The position numbers were made by a program, and so were the translations under genes. A stretch of 64,000 nt of DNA from Blepharisma stoltei ATCC 30299 (Eukaryota > Protista > Ciliophora): contig CBFDEM010000009.1 in assembly GCA_965603825.1 (NCBI GenBank), positions 1 through 64,000 of the forward strand. The letters are read 5' to 3'. Within the stretch, counting starts at the first letter, position 1. Each line of letters begins with the position of its first letter. The notes under the pieces were generated by a model. The model worked only from the letters and a program-made list of their open reading frames with translations. It searched no databases and was not told the origin of the DNA. Below, one piece after another: positions 1 through 12,443 of the stretch.

Positions 1-2714
1 ACCCTAACACCCCAACCACCCAAACACCCTAACACCCTAACACCCTAACACCCTAACACCCTAACACCCTAACACCCTAACCCCCTAACACCCTAACACC
101 CTAACACCCTAACACCCTAACACCCTAACACCCTAACACCCTAACACCCTAACACCCTAACACCCTAACACCCTAACACCCTAACACCCTAACACCCTAA
201 CACCCTAACACCCTAACACCCTAACACCCCTAACCCCTAACACCCTAACACCCTAACACCCTAACACCCTAACACCCAACACCCTAACACCCTAACACCC
301 TAACACCCTAACACCCTAACACCCTAACACCCTAACACCCCCTAACACCCTAACACCCTAACACCCTAACACACCCTAACACCCTACACCCTAACACCCT
401 AACACCCTAACACCCTAACACCCTAACACCCTAACACCCTAACACCCTAACACCCTAACACCCTAACACCCTAACACCCTAACACCCTAACACCCTAACA
501 CCCTAACACCCTAACACCCTAACACCCTAACACCCTAACACCCTAACACCCTAACACCCTAACACCCTAACACCCTAACACCCTAACACCCTAACACCCT
601 AACACCCTAACACCCTAACACCCTAACACCCTAACACCCTAACACCCTACACCCTAACACCCTAACACCTACACCTAACACCCTAACACCCTAACACCCT
701 AACACCCTAACACCCTAACACCCTAACACCCTAACACCCTAACACCCTAACACCCCTAACACCCTAACACCCTAACACCCTAACACCCTAACACCCTAAC
801 ACCCTAACACCCTAACACCCTAACACCCTAACACCCTAACACCCTAACACCCTAACACCCTAACACCCTAACACCCTAACACCCTAACACCCTAACACCC
901 TAACACCTACCCTAACACCCTAACACCCTAACACCCTAACACCCTAACACCCTAACACCCTAACACCCTAACACCTACACCCTAACACCCTAACACCCTA
1001 ACACCCTAACACCCTAACACCCTAACACCCTAACACCCTAACACCCTAACACCCTAACACCCTAACACCCTAACACCCTAACACCCTAACACCCTAACAC
1101 CCTAACACCCTAACACCCTAACACCCTAACACCCTAACACCCTAACACCCTAACACCCTAACACCCTAACACCCTAACACCCTAACACCCTAACACCCTA
1201 ACACCCTAACACCCTAACACCCTAACACCCTAACACCCTAACACCCTAACACCCTAACACCCTAACACCCTAACACCCTAACACCCTAACACCCTAACAC
1301 CCTAACACCCTAACACCCTAACACCCTAACACCCTAACACCCTAACACCCTAACACCCTAACACCCTAACACCCTAACACCCTAACACCCTAACACCCTA
1401 ACACCCTAACACCCTAACACCCTAACACCCTAACACCCTAACACCTAACACCCTAACACCCTAACACCCTAACACCCTAACACCCTAACACCCTAACACC
1501 CTAACACCCTAACACCCTAACACCCTAACACCCTAACACCCTAACACCCTAACACCCTAACACCCTAACACCCTAACACCCTAACACCCTAACACCCTAA
1601 CACCCTAACACCCTAACACCCTAACACCCTAACACCCTAACACCCTAACACCCTAACACCCTAACACCCTAACACCCTAACACCCTAACACCCTAACACC
1701 CTAACACCCTAACACCCTAACACCCTAACACCCTAACACCCTAACACCCTAACACCCTAACACCCTAACACCCTAACACCCTAACACCCTAACACCCTAA
1801 CACCCTAACACCCTAACACCCTAACACCCTAACACCCTAACACCCTAACACCCTAACACCCTAACACCCTAACACCCTAACACCCTAACACCCTAACACC
1901 CTAACACCCTAACACCCTAACACCCTAACACCCTAACACCCTAACACCCCTAACACCCTAACACCCTAACACCCTAACACCCTAACACCCTAACACCCTA
2001 ACACCCTAACACCCTAACACCCTAACACCCTAACACCCTAACACCCTAACACCCTAACACCCTAACACCCTAACACCCTAACACCCCTAACACCCTAACA
2101 CCCCTAACACCCTAACACCCTAACACCCTAACACCCTAACACCCTAACACCCTAACACCCTAACACCCTAACACCCTAACACCCTAAACACCCTAACACC
2201 CTAACACCCTAACACCCCTAACACCCTAACACCCTAACACCCTAACACCCTAACACCCTAACACCCTAACACCCTAACACCCTAACACCCTAACACCCTA
2301 ACACCCTAACACCCTAACACCCTAACACCCTAACACCCTAACACCCTAACACCCTAACACCCTAACACCCTAACACCCTAACACCCTAACACCCTAACAC
2401 CCTAACACCCTAACACCCTAACACCCTAACACCCTAACACCCTAACACCCTAACACCCTAACACCCTAACACCCTAACACCCTAACACCCTAACACCCTA
2501 ACACCCTAACACCCTAACACCCTAACACCCTAACACCCTAACACCCTAACACCCTAACACCCTAACACCCTAACACCCTAACACCCTAACACCCTAACAC
2601 CCTAACACCCTAACACCCTAACACCCTAACACCCTAACACCCTAACACCCTAACACCCTAACACCCTAACACCCTAACACCCTAACACCCTAACACCCTA
2701 ACACCCTAACACCC
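1..2714 (+). repeat. Telomere, (CCCTAACA)n, C-rich strand
   Basis: Near-perfect 8-nt tandem array from base 1 to ACACCC at 2714, with occasional 1-nt indel variants. CCCTAACA is the heterotrich (Stentor/Blepharisma) telomere repeat. Confidence 0.98.
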
Positions 2715-3314
2715 GAGTTGCTCTTCCAAATTATCAAATTTTTGGGAGGTCTATTTATAGCAGAATAAAATTCCAAGATTAAAATAATAAAATCAACTTA
2801 ATAAATATGATTCCTTTGCCCTTGCTATTATGATGATTCAATTTTTATTTTTGCTAAAGGAATGTAAGCTGAAAGATATTTAATACGACAAAATAAGCGG
2901 ATAATTCTGAATAAATTCCCTACTGGTTTACCTGATCCGAGGCTATGTATAGGATTCAGCCAAAAAATTATTATTCGCATAACTAATGATGATTAATTTT
3001 GAGGATATGATATTATTTTGGATTCCTATAGCGATAATTTGTCAATCGAAACCTATAGTCAATTTATGATTAAAGATGCAGGAAAAATTTATTCAATAAG
3101 TTTAGGATGTGTCAGTTTAATACTATATTGAAAAAATCCTTTTACAAAATGGAAAAATTAATCATCACAATTAACTTTTGGCTGCCTTTGATAATAAACC
3201 TTCTGCGTATTTCAATGGATCAATTTATTATCTTACTTAGAGAGGTAAAATGAAATTTTATATCAGTAGTTTTCGCTCGAAACGTTTAAATCAAAAGTGG
3301 TCAAAGTCATTTAA
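2715..3314 (+). pseudogene. Kelch-like subtelomeric family copy 0; 5'-truncated by the telomere, degenerate
   Basis: Begins mid-gene (VALPNYQIFG) right after the telomere. Keeps YYDDSIFIF, GFSQKIIIR, DSY, GKIYSI and GSIYYL, with TAA/TAG stops and frameshifts. Closest to copy 1. Confidence 0.85.
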
Positions 3315-3752
3315 AATAATTCATATCGAAATTCTAGATTTAATGAGTAAGATTTGTTTAGTTTTAGCTTTTATATTTTGAATCAAATGAGATTTAAGTT
3401 AATGAGATATATGGCAAATTAGTCTTATAATAGAAAAATAAATATTGAATCTTTAGATTTAATACGAAATGTGATATTTCATAAGCGCTGATATATAAAT
3501 AATATTTTACTCTTTTTTAAAAAGTTAAATTTTTATCATCTTAAAAAATTTTAAAATATTATTTAATAGACTCTTGCTTTTAGAGCATTCTAGCTGAATT
3601 CAAATTACTTACTTACATAAAATTGAAATAGGAGCAATAATTTTTTAATTGTAATTCATTAAAATAGCAGAATTTAACCAAAGAATTGATTTTAGCTCAA
3701 AAGTCAATTTTCTTAAAATAATGCAAAATATATTTTATCAGTGATAATAAAT

Positions 3753-4568
3753 ATGAAATTAAGCCAATTAGATTCAGAGCAAGACAAAAATGACATTGAG
3801 TCTGAACATCTATGGAATCTAAAACGTACGGATCGTTCTGAAAAGCTGGTTCGAATTAATCTACGCTTATTGAAAGGCAATAATTCTTTTGCAAAATCTC
3901 CATTATCTCAAATTCACGTCACCCATTGAATGGCTCTTCCAGATAATCATTTTTTTGGGAGTTATGAAGATAACGACCTATATAAGTCGAATCTATTTAT
4001 AGCAGACGAAAATGGCAACATCAAAATAATAAAATCTGGTCCACCACGCGCTGAGGAGTTTGATTACTTTGCCTCTTGCTATTATGATGATTCAATTTTC
4101 ATTTTTGCTGATGAAGGATATGCTGAAAGATATATAATACAACAAAATAGGTGGATACATCTGACTAATTTCCCAACTGGTTTATTTGAACCGAGGCGAT
4201 CTATAGGGTTCAACCAAAAAATTATTATTCGCCCAAATTATGATGATCAATTTTGAGTATACGATATTAATTTGGACTCCTATAGTGAATGTTTGCTAAC
4301 TGGAAACCATGGTCAAAAAATGATAAAAGATTCAGGAAAAATTTATTCAATAAATTATACTTCGTCTACTTCAATATTATATTGCTTTAATCCTTTTGAA
4401 GAATGGAGATGTGTTAAACATCACGATCAGCTTCCTGATGACTTAATGTATGCACCTTCTGTGTATTCCAAGGGATCAATTTATTATCTTAGAAGGATGA
4501 ATAGAAATAGAATTTTATATGAATTTTCACTCAAGACATTTAAAGTAAAGGTAGGGAAAGCCTTTTAA
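3753..4568 (+). CDS. Kelch/beta-propeller-like subtelomeric family protein, copy 1 (271 aa, UGA=Trp)
   Basis: ORFs 3741-3929, 3930-4256 and 4272-4568 share one frame and are separated only by TGA. MKLSQLDSEQDKNDIESEHLW...YEFSLKTF, TAA stop. Confidence 0.88.
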
Positions 4569-4908
4569 AATAATTCATATAGAAATTAAAGTTAGCTAAG
4601 AAATAAAATATTTTATTAAATAGCCCAATTATTAAGAGGCATTTTATATAGCTTCGTATTTTATAAAGAAATAAATTGTTCTAGTTGATAAAAATATACT
4701 TGTCACATTATTTAGTAGCAATGAATAGGTTATTCCTCTAGTTTTTGTGCATTGATTGAATAATTTAATGCTAAAACTTATTTATTGTCAACAATTTGGA
4801 TAGCAAGGCTGATGTCAATTACTTTAATAAGTTCAAAGTTCTTTATATTTAATCTTAGCAGATTTATCGATATTAAATATCAAAAAATGACCCAGAGATA
4901 TTATAAAT

Positions 4909-5540
4909 ATGAAGATAAATCAACTAGACCAAAACGAAATTGAATCAAAATATATCTGAAATATGTGCAAAAGCAATATTAATACGATACAAAGATTTAG
5001 ATGATTTTGTAATAGATTATTCCCAGGAATCAATGGATTTTTTGATATCAGATATTGAATGGCTCTTCCCAATAATCAATTTTTTGGGATAGCGAGTGCG
5101 CGTTTTCTGCTGTTCTTATTCATATCAGATGAAAATTTTAATATAAATCCAATAAAAAACTCCTTATACCAGAAGCATGCTCCTTATTCAGGCTATTTTT
5201 CCTCTTGCTTTTATGATGATTCTATTTTTGTCTTAGAACAGGAGCACGAAGACAGCAGTAGCATTGATAGCTTTAAAAGATACATTATTTCTCAGAATAA
5301 ATGAATGAATTAACACCATTTTCTAAGCCTTTCCAAACCCCTACTTCTTGCATTGGATTTAATCAAAAAATTATTATTGCTGCAAATTCTCCTGGAGTAT
5401 GAATATATGATATATTTTTAGATTCTTATTCGGAGCATAGCATAGACCAACACTTTGAAAAAATGATGCTTAAATGTGCAGGGAAACTGTATTTATTAAG
5501 CTCATGAATCTTCTATATTTCAGAAGTAAATTTTTTAAAA
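4909..5540 (+). pseudogene. Family copy 2; frameshifted near 5305 and 3'-truncated
   Basis: MKINQLDQNEIESKYIW...ISQNKW, then TAA at ~5311. Homology resumes in another frame (CIGFNQKIII, IYDIFLDSY, GKLYLL) and stops near 5540. Confidence 0.8.
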
Positions 5541-6523
5541 TTTAGATATTCTTATTTGTAAATATGGGATTGCCTTCTCATTTTTAATTTCTTTAAATAA
5601 TGATTGCATTAAGTGCATCCAATTAAGATAGAACATAACCAAATATTAATAGGTAGATCAAGAGTTTTAATTTTTTACAAAGAAACATTACACCATAGGC
5701 CTTTGGGCCTTTTCGAGCACCAGTAAATTGGTCTATTGGTCGCAACGAGTTGTCTATTTCTCATTAGGATAGGTGATAGGTCGCGACCAGTCCAAAAAGC
5801 TCAATAACGCATAAACATATAAATATAAATAATGCTTATTACGTTTCGAAGATAAGGAGCAAAAGGCAATTGTTAAGTAAGCTAAAGAGACTTTTATAAT
5901 AAATTAAAAATGAGTGCTAACTCCCATGATATAGACTCTCATAAAGGCTATGAAGACCATGAAATATATGTGAAGAAAAGAAAAAAAGTTATGAAACAGG
6001 AGTAGACACCAGATAATAAAATAACTGCAGAAAAACCATGAAAAGATCTATTTATACTCATTTTGAGGCATAAATAGATTTTTAATTTAATTGCATGAAA
6101 TTCACATTGGAAGAACCTGAAGAACCTGAAGAACCTGAAGAAATGAAAATTCCAAACTCAAAAATATATTTAGTCTACAGAGCTGCCGATCTAAAATTAA
6201 AAATGCAGGGAATGTGATTACACTTACAATATGGATAAAAAAGAAGTCTAATTAAGCATGCAGAAGAAGCAGGAACTTAGATAAGGCAAGGGTAAAAAGA
6301 TGAAGATATCTATTCTATCTTAGCAATTGCAATGCTAGCAGAAGCAATAATATTAAGGTTTTAAGAACTAACGGACTATTATTGATGCTATCCTTAAATT
6401 TAGTAAACTAAAACTAGAAAATTTTTCATAATATTTAATATAATTTTAAGAAAAATAAATTCTTGATGAATTTATTTATAGGATAAAGTATTTTTAATAA
6501 ATTCAAAAAATTTATTAATTAAA

Positions 6524-7390
6524 ATGAAATTAGGTGGAAATTTTGATAAACCTATTGACCAAAATGAAATTGAGTCGAAATAAATATGGGACTTATATGA
6601 AAATTATATTTCTCATACCATTCGTCGAATTAATCTACCAAGCTCTATTGTTGATTACACTTGAACAAGCCCATCAAATTCTATAACAATTTTAAATTGC
6701 ATGGCTCTTCCCAAAAATCAATTTTTTGTCATCGTCGAAAAATCTAGAGAGCCAGGCCAACATTTATATATATCAGATGCAAACTTTAATATCAAGGAAA
6801 TAAAAAATCCTACAAAACCTCTACTTCTTAACTTAGAATTTACCTTTTGCTTTTATGATGACTCAATTTTTATGTTTAAGGATTGTTTTGATATGAGTGA
6901 AGGACTTAATGTAGTTCCTGATGCAAGAAGATATATAATTTCGCAAAATAAATGAATAAATTTAAACGTCCAGTATTGTGGATATCCTTATTCATGTGTT
7001 GGATTCAAAGATAAAATCATTTTTGCTGGATGAATGTCAGGGATATGAATATATGATATACTTTTGGATTCGTACTCACAGCATTTAATTAGAAATTTTG
7101 ATACAGAAGAGAATAAAATGCTGCTTAAAATTTCTGGTAAAATTTATTTGCTTGTTCCTTATTTAAGTAAAATTTTATATTGTGATGATCCTTTATTAGA
7201 TTGAATGCTTCTATCGAATTTTCATGATACTTTGTTTTGTGAAAGAGCTTCTCCTCATGTGTACTATCATGGATCAATTTATTATTTTAGAAGGGATTTG
7301 AATTCTACTTTATACGAATTTTCTCTATCTAAATTTAGCTCAAAACCTACGAAGTTGAAAGGAAGCACTAATAATGCAATTAAGATTTAA
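6524..7390 (+). pseudogene. Family copy 3; full length with a single premature TAA at 6581-6583
   Basis: One frame from ATG 6524 to TAA 7390. The TAA replaces the conserved Tyr of ESKY(L/I)W. Confidence 0.8.
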
Positions 7391-7656
7391 AGCTCAAATA
7401 ATATTTGTGTTAACTCAGTATAAATGCTTAAAATCTTAAATTAAAGATCAAGAAGAATTTATGCAATTAATATAATAGCATTAATGATATTGGATATTGT
7501 CTAGCAATTAAACCATATTAATCTATTCTAAAAAACAATTTCTAGATTATAAATCAAATTTCAATTAATTAAGTATCACTTTTACAATCTCAATCTTGCA
7601 AAAGTCAAATTGGAACAGCTATCTAATATAAAATAAATTAGCAAGGGAACTATAAA

Positions 7657-8574
7657 ATGAAACTAAATCTGATACATGATAAAGAAGAAGACCAAAATGA
7701 AATTGAATCTAAATACCTATGAAACGTTCACTTATTTTCAGCATGGACAACAATATGAAGGCTCAACCTATCTACGCTTTCAATTGATGGATCCTTTGGC
7801 TATCATTTTAAAAATTATTGAATGAGACCTATAATGACTCTTCCTAATAATCAGTTTTTAGGGATGTACATTGATACATATCGCTATAAAAAGGTCTATT
7901 TTATATCAGACGAAAATTTTAGTACTCAAATAATAGATATTGCAGAAGCAGAGCCTTTGAACAATAGTTATGATTTCGTCTCGTGTTTTTATGACGATTC
8001 TATTTTTATCTTTGAAAATGAATTGAAAATCTCAACACAAGAGTGCATTGCTAATCATGCTAAAAGATATTTTATTACTCAAAAACGCTGGGTTATGCTA
8101 GCAAATTACCATTTTGGTAACGTTATTTCATGCTTAGGCTTTAACCAAAAGATTGTCATGATATATAAACAAACTAATTGACTTATAGTATATGATATAC
8201 TTTTGGATTCATATAATTCTTATTTGCCTATCAAAGACACTGGGAATAGTGAGGTAAAAGCAATATTTAAAACTGGAGGAAGACTTTACTTGATAAGCTA
8301 TTCAAAAAGTTATAAAATTCATGTTACTGACGATATTTATTCAGAATGGACTTTTGTGTATAATTTTAAAGATAATTCTCACGATTGGTTCTTTGATGCT
8401 AGAGCATTTTATCAGGGGTCTATTTATTTACTTAGCAGACTCTACTTTAATACATTCAAATTTAAGATGACAAATTTTGAATTTAAAAAATTTTTAGAAA
8501 TAAAAGACTCTCATGTCGGTGAGGAAATTCAAAAATTTAGAATTTTTAGTATACTTATTAACACTTCAGCTTAA
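7657..8574 (+). CDS. Family copy 4 (305 aa, UGA=Trp)
   Basis: MKLNLIHDKEEDQNEIESKYLW...; in frame with ORFs 7822 and 8203; only TGA interruptions. Confidence 0.88.
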
Positions 8575-9063
8575 TTAGGAATTAATTTATAACATTTAAG
8601 AACTTATTTCTGAACTAAACAAATATGCTGGAGTTGATTAGAGAATTTATAAAATTAAAAAAATTAGCTTAGATATACTATAGCAGCCTTAAGAAAATAA
8701 TTTAGTAATATACAATATATAGTATGGTAAGTATTCCTTCCTTTGAGAGCATTAGCCCTTAGAGATTTAGATTCGCAATTCTATGTTTTTATTAATACAG
8801 AAACCAAATGATATTTAAAGTTGACTAATGATTAAAGTTTAATCCAAATTGAAAATTTGCAGTCTTAAATTCCTTAATAAATCAACGATTAAACTGGCCA
8901 TAAGCGGACGGCCCACTAGCCTTTACCTCGTCTCGGTTCCAAAATAGCCTCCTCCCTCGCCCCACGAATAAGATTTCATTAAAAATTAAGTGAATATATA
9001 TTAGTGAGCTTATGAACATTTATTTATACACGAAATAAAGCTGAAAATAATTTAATAATATAT

Positions 9064-9902
9064 ATGGGTATAGAATTATGTCAAATACTCGATAAAGAAT
9101 TCGACCAAAATGAAATTGAGTCAACGTACCTATGGGATTTCGACTCTTACGCAGCTCAAACGCTAAGCCGAATAGACCTTTCAACGCTTGCAGTCGATTT
9201 TTCTCGGGCAAATCCTATTTTAATTAAATACTCGATGAGTCTTCCAAAAAACCAAATGCTTGGGATATATAATAAAGAAGACCTACAATACTTATTTATA
9301 GCTGATGAGAATTTTAATATCGAAATAATAGACTCTTGCAGTACTTCTTCATATGTTCATTATTGCTTTACCTCATGCTTTTATGATGACGCAATATTTA
9401 TTTTTGAAGGTGAAATTGATTTTTCTCAAGGAGGTATCATATCTCAACATGCAAAAAAATATCTAATATCACAAAATAAATGAGTCTATTTATCAGAGCC
9501 TCTATGCTACTCCCCATACTCATGCACTGGAATCAACCAAAAAATCATTATTGCTGATAATGGCCCGTACTTATGAGTTTATGATATCTTTTTGGATTCT
9601 TATAGCTCAACTTTCATTAAATACTTTGACAAAAAGGCAGAGCAAATACTAGTCAAAGTCTCAGGAAAAATCTATTTGATAGTCTTTCATACATAAATGA
9701 AATTTACTGTAGTGAAGATCCTTTGTCTGAGTGAAGTCTTTTGTGAAATTTTGAAGACAATTTATTTAGAAGAGATGCTTATCATCAAGCATATTTTAAT
9801 GGCTCAATTTATTTTCTTAGGGCGCAAGACTTATATAAATTTTCTCTTACGAAATTTAAATCAACAAATGTAAAAGCTAATTCCAAGAAAATAAAATTAT
9901 AG
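9064..9902 (+). pseudogene. Family copy 5; frameshift near 9690
   Basis: Open (UGA=W) to ...GKIYLIVFHT then TAA. The C-terminal motifs (EDPLSEW, NGSIYFL, YKFSL) continue in another frame. Confidence 0.75.
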
Positions 9903-10234
9903 CAATAATTAAATTACAGAGCATTTTTAATACATAAACTATTTATTATAAAAGAAATTGAAAGGCCTTTTTGTTTCAATCTGCTTTTTACGTTATAAAA
10001 ACATTAGGCTAAAATGATGCTGTCCATTTAGGATTATAAGAATATTGGGTAAGTGCAACAACATTCTTAATTTATGGAAATATTAAATTAAATTACAAAG
10101 TGGTTAAAATTAGCCATAAATAATATGAATTAGGTTTCTCTTTATTTCTGAACAATATATTAAGAAAAAAATTGCTTAGCTAGGATCTGAAGAATATTAG
10201 CTGAGTCAATATGGCATTGTTGAATCAAATAAAT

Positions 10235-11074
10235 ATGAAATTAAATCAAATCGTTGATAAGGAAGTTGACCAAAACGGAATTGAATCAGAATATCTGTGA
10301 GATCTTTCCAAAAGAGAATCTTGGCTAGATTTAAATAGAGTAAACCTATCAACATTTGAGGTCGATTTTTCTTTCTCAGGCTGAGCTTATATAAAAAATC
10401 TGATGACACTTCCCAATAATCAATTTTTTGGGCTAAAGATTAGAAATTCTGATAACGATCACGACTATTTATTCATATCAGATAAAAAGGTTAATGTTAA
10501 AATAATAGAAAAGTTTCCCAAAAACCCATATGATTGAGATCTTATTTCTTGTTTTTATGATGATTCAATTTTTATATTTGCTTGCTACGAACAAGAAGGG
10601 AAGTTCTATACTTGTGCTAAAAGATATATAATTTCCCAAAATAAGTGAATTTATTTCTCATCTCTTGATTTTGGAATTTTCAATTCATGTATCGGATTAA
10701 AACAAAAAATTATTATTATTCAAAATGGAAGCGAGTCTGGAGCGTGGGTGTATGATATTTTATTAGACAATTATTATTTCTATAAAAATATAAGAATAGG
10801 GAATTTGTATTTTTGCACATTCATTCAAGATTTAGGAAAAATTTATTTGATAGGGCGAGATGGAGAGTTTGATACGGAACTATATAATATTCATACATTT
10901 GATGATCCTTTATCTGAGTGAACATTTTTAGGTTATTATAACAATATTCCTATCTGCAATTACTTTACACATTATAAAGGCTCGATTTATTTTGTTAGAG
11001 ACCAAATTTATGAATTTTCACTGAAAAACTTTGAAACTAGAAAAATTTTTAATAATAGTAAATTTAAAATATAA
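10235..11074 (+). CDS. Family copy 6 (279 aa, UGA=Trp); missed by the ORF track
   Basis: Hand translation MKLNQIVDKEVDQNGIESEYLW...YEFSLKNFETRKIFNNSKFKI*, with no internal TAA/TAG. Confidence 0.88.
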
Positions 11075-11435
11075 ATTAATTATTATATACCTTGTCAATG
11101 ACTATAAATCTCAAGATCTAGACGTTCTTAAGATTGAATTTTATTGATAATGTCTTAATATCTCTTTACTTTTTAGCAAAAATAATACAAAATAGAATTT
11201 ATGATAATTATATGCACAAGATTTAACCATAAAATTATTATTGCTATAGAACTATATTATATATGATATTTTATTGGACAAGTATTTACATATAAATTGT
11301 TTTTCAAGACAAATAGCCTCTCTACTTTGCAAGACAAAAAGATTTTTAGCCTTAAATACTTAAGAAAACAAATTGCTCAGCTAGGATCTGAAGAATATTA
11401 GCTGAGTCAATATGACATTGTCGAATCAAATAAAT

Positions 11436-12245
11436 ATGAAATTAAATCAAATAGTTGATAAAGAAGTTGACCAAAACGGAATTGAGTCAGAATATTTGTG
11501 AGATCTTTCCTCAAAAGATTTTTCTCGAGCTTTAAATAGAGTAAACCTATCAACATTTAAGGTCGATTTTTCTTTCACAAGCTCTACTTATCCTATGCGT
11601 ATAAAAATTCTGATGACCCTTCCCAATAATCAGTTTCTTGGGCTAAAGATTAGAGGATTTGATAGCGATTACGACTATTTATTCATATCAGATGAAAAGT
11701 TTAATATTAAAATAATAGAAAAGCTTCCCAAAAACACACACTATTCGAATCTTACTTCTTGTTTTTATGATGATTCAATTTTTATATTTGTTGATTATAA
11801 ACGGGAAGGGAAATTCTATTACTGTGCTAAAAGATATTTAATTTACCAAAATAAGTGAATTAATTTAGCATCTCTTGGTTTTGGATTTTTCAATTCATGC
11901 ATCGGATTAAAACAAAAAATTATTATTAAAGATGGAGATGGTTTTGGAGTGTTGGTGTATGATATATTATTAGACAATTATTACTCATATAAAAATATAA
12001 AAATAGGTTGATTATGTAATTGCACATTCATTCAAGATTTAGGAAAAGTTTATTTGATAGGGCGAGTTCAAGATATTGAAGGATATAATATTTATACAAT
12101 TGATGACTCTTTATCTGAGTGAACATTTTTAGGTTATTATCACAATAGTTTTATCTGCGATTACTTTACACATTATAAAGGTTCAATTTATTTTGTTAGA
12201 GGCCAAATTTATGAATTTTCACTAAAAAACGAGAAAAACGTTTAA
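11436..12245 (+). CDS. Family copy 7 (269 aa); recent tandem duplicate of copy 6 (unit ~1.2 kb)
   Basis: Same N-terminus and near-identical flanks as copy 6. Open frame to TAA 12245. Confidence 0.88.
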
Positions 12246-12443
12246 TAATAGTAAATTTAAAAGATAAGTTAACTATTATATACCTTGTCAAAAACTATAA
12301 ATCTCAAGATCTAGCGTTCTTAAGATAGAATTTTTATTGCTAATGTCTTAATATCTCTTTACTTGCTAGCAAAAATAATACAAAATAGAATTATGATAAT
12401 TATATAAACATGATTTAACCACAAAATTATTATTGCTATTGAA

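Noticed and set aside
1-2714. CRISPR array, or meaningful variant telomere repeats
   Set aside because: No spacers. The sporadic 1-nt indel variants look like long-read or telomerase slippage errors.
5690-5815. Hammerhead ribozyme on the minus strand (GAGC...GCTC-GAAA-AGGCC...GGCCT-A)
   Set aside because: The CUGAUGA core is absent (UUAUUGA), there is an extra A after GAAA, and stem I is weak.
6581-6583. TAA reassigned or read through (Condylostoma-like ambiguous code)
   Set aside because: This is a single case at a Tyr position. Intact genes have no in-frame TAA/TAG outside introns and use them as stops.
8890-8972. HDV-like ribozyme
   Set aside because: CCTCG and CGAAT words are present, but I could not build the P1/P2/P3 nested pseudoknot.
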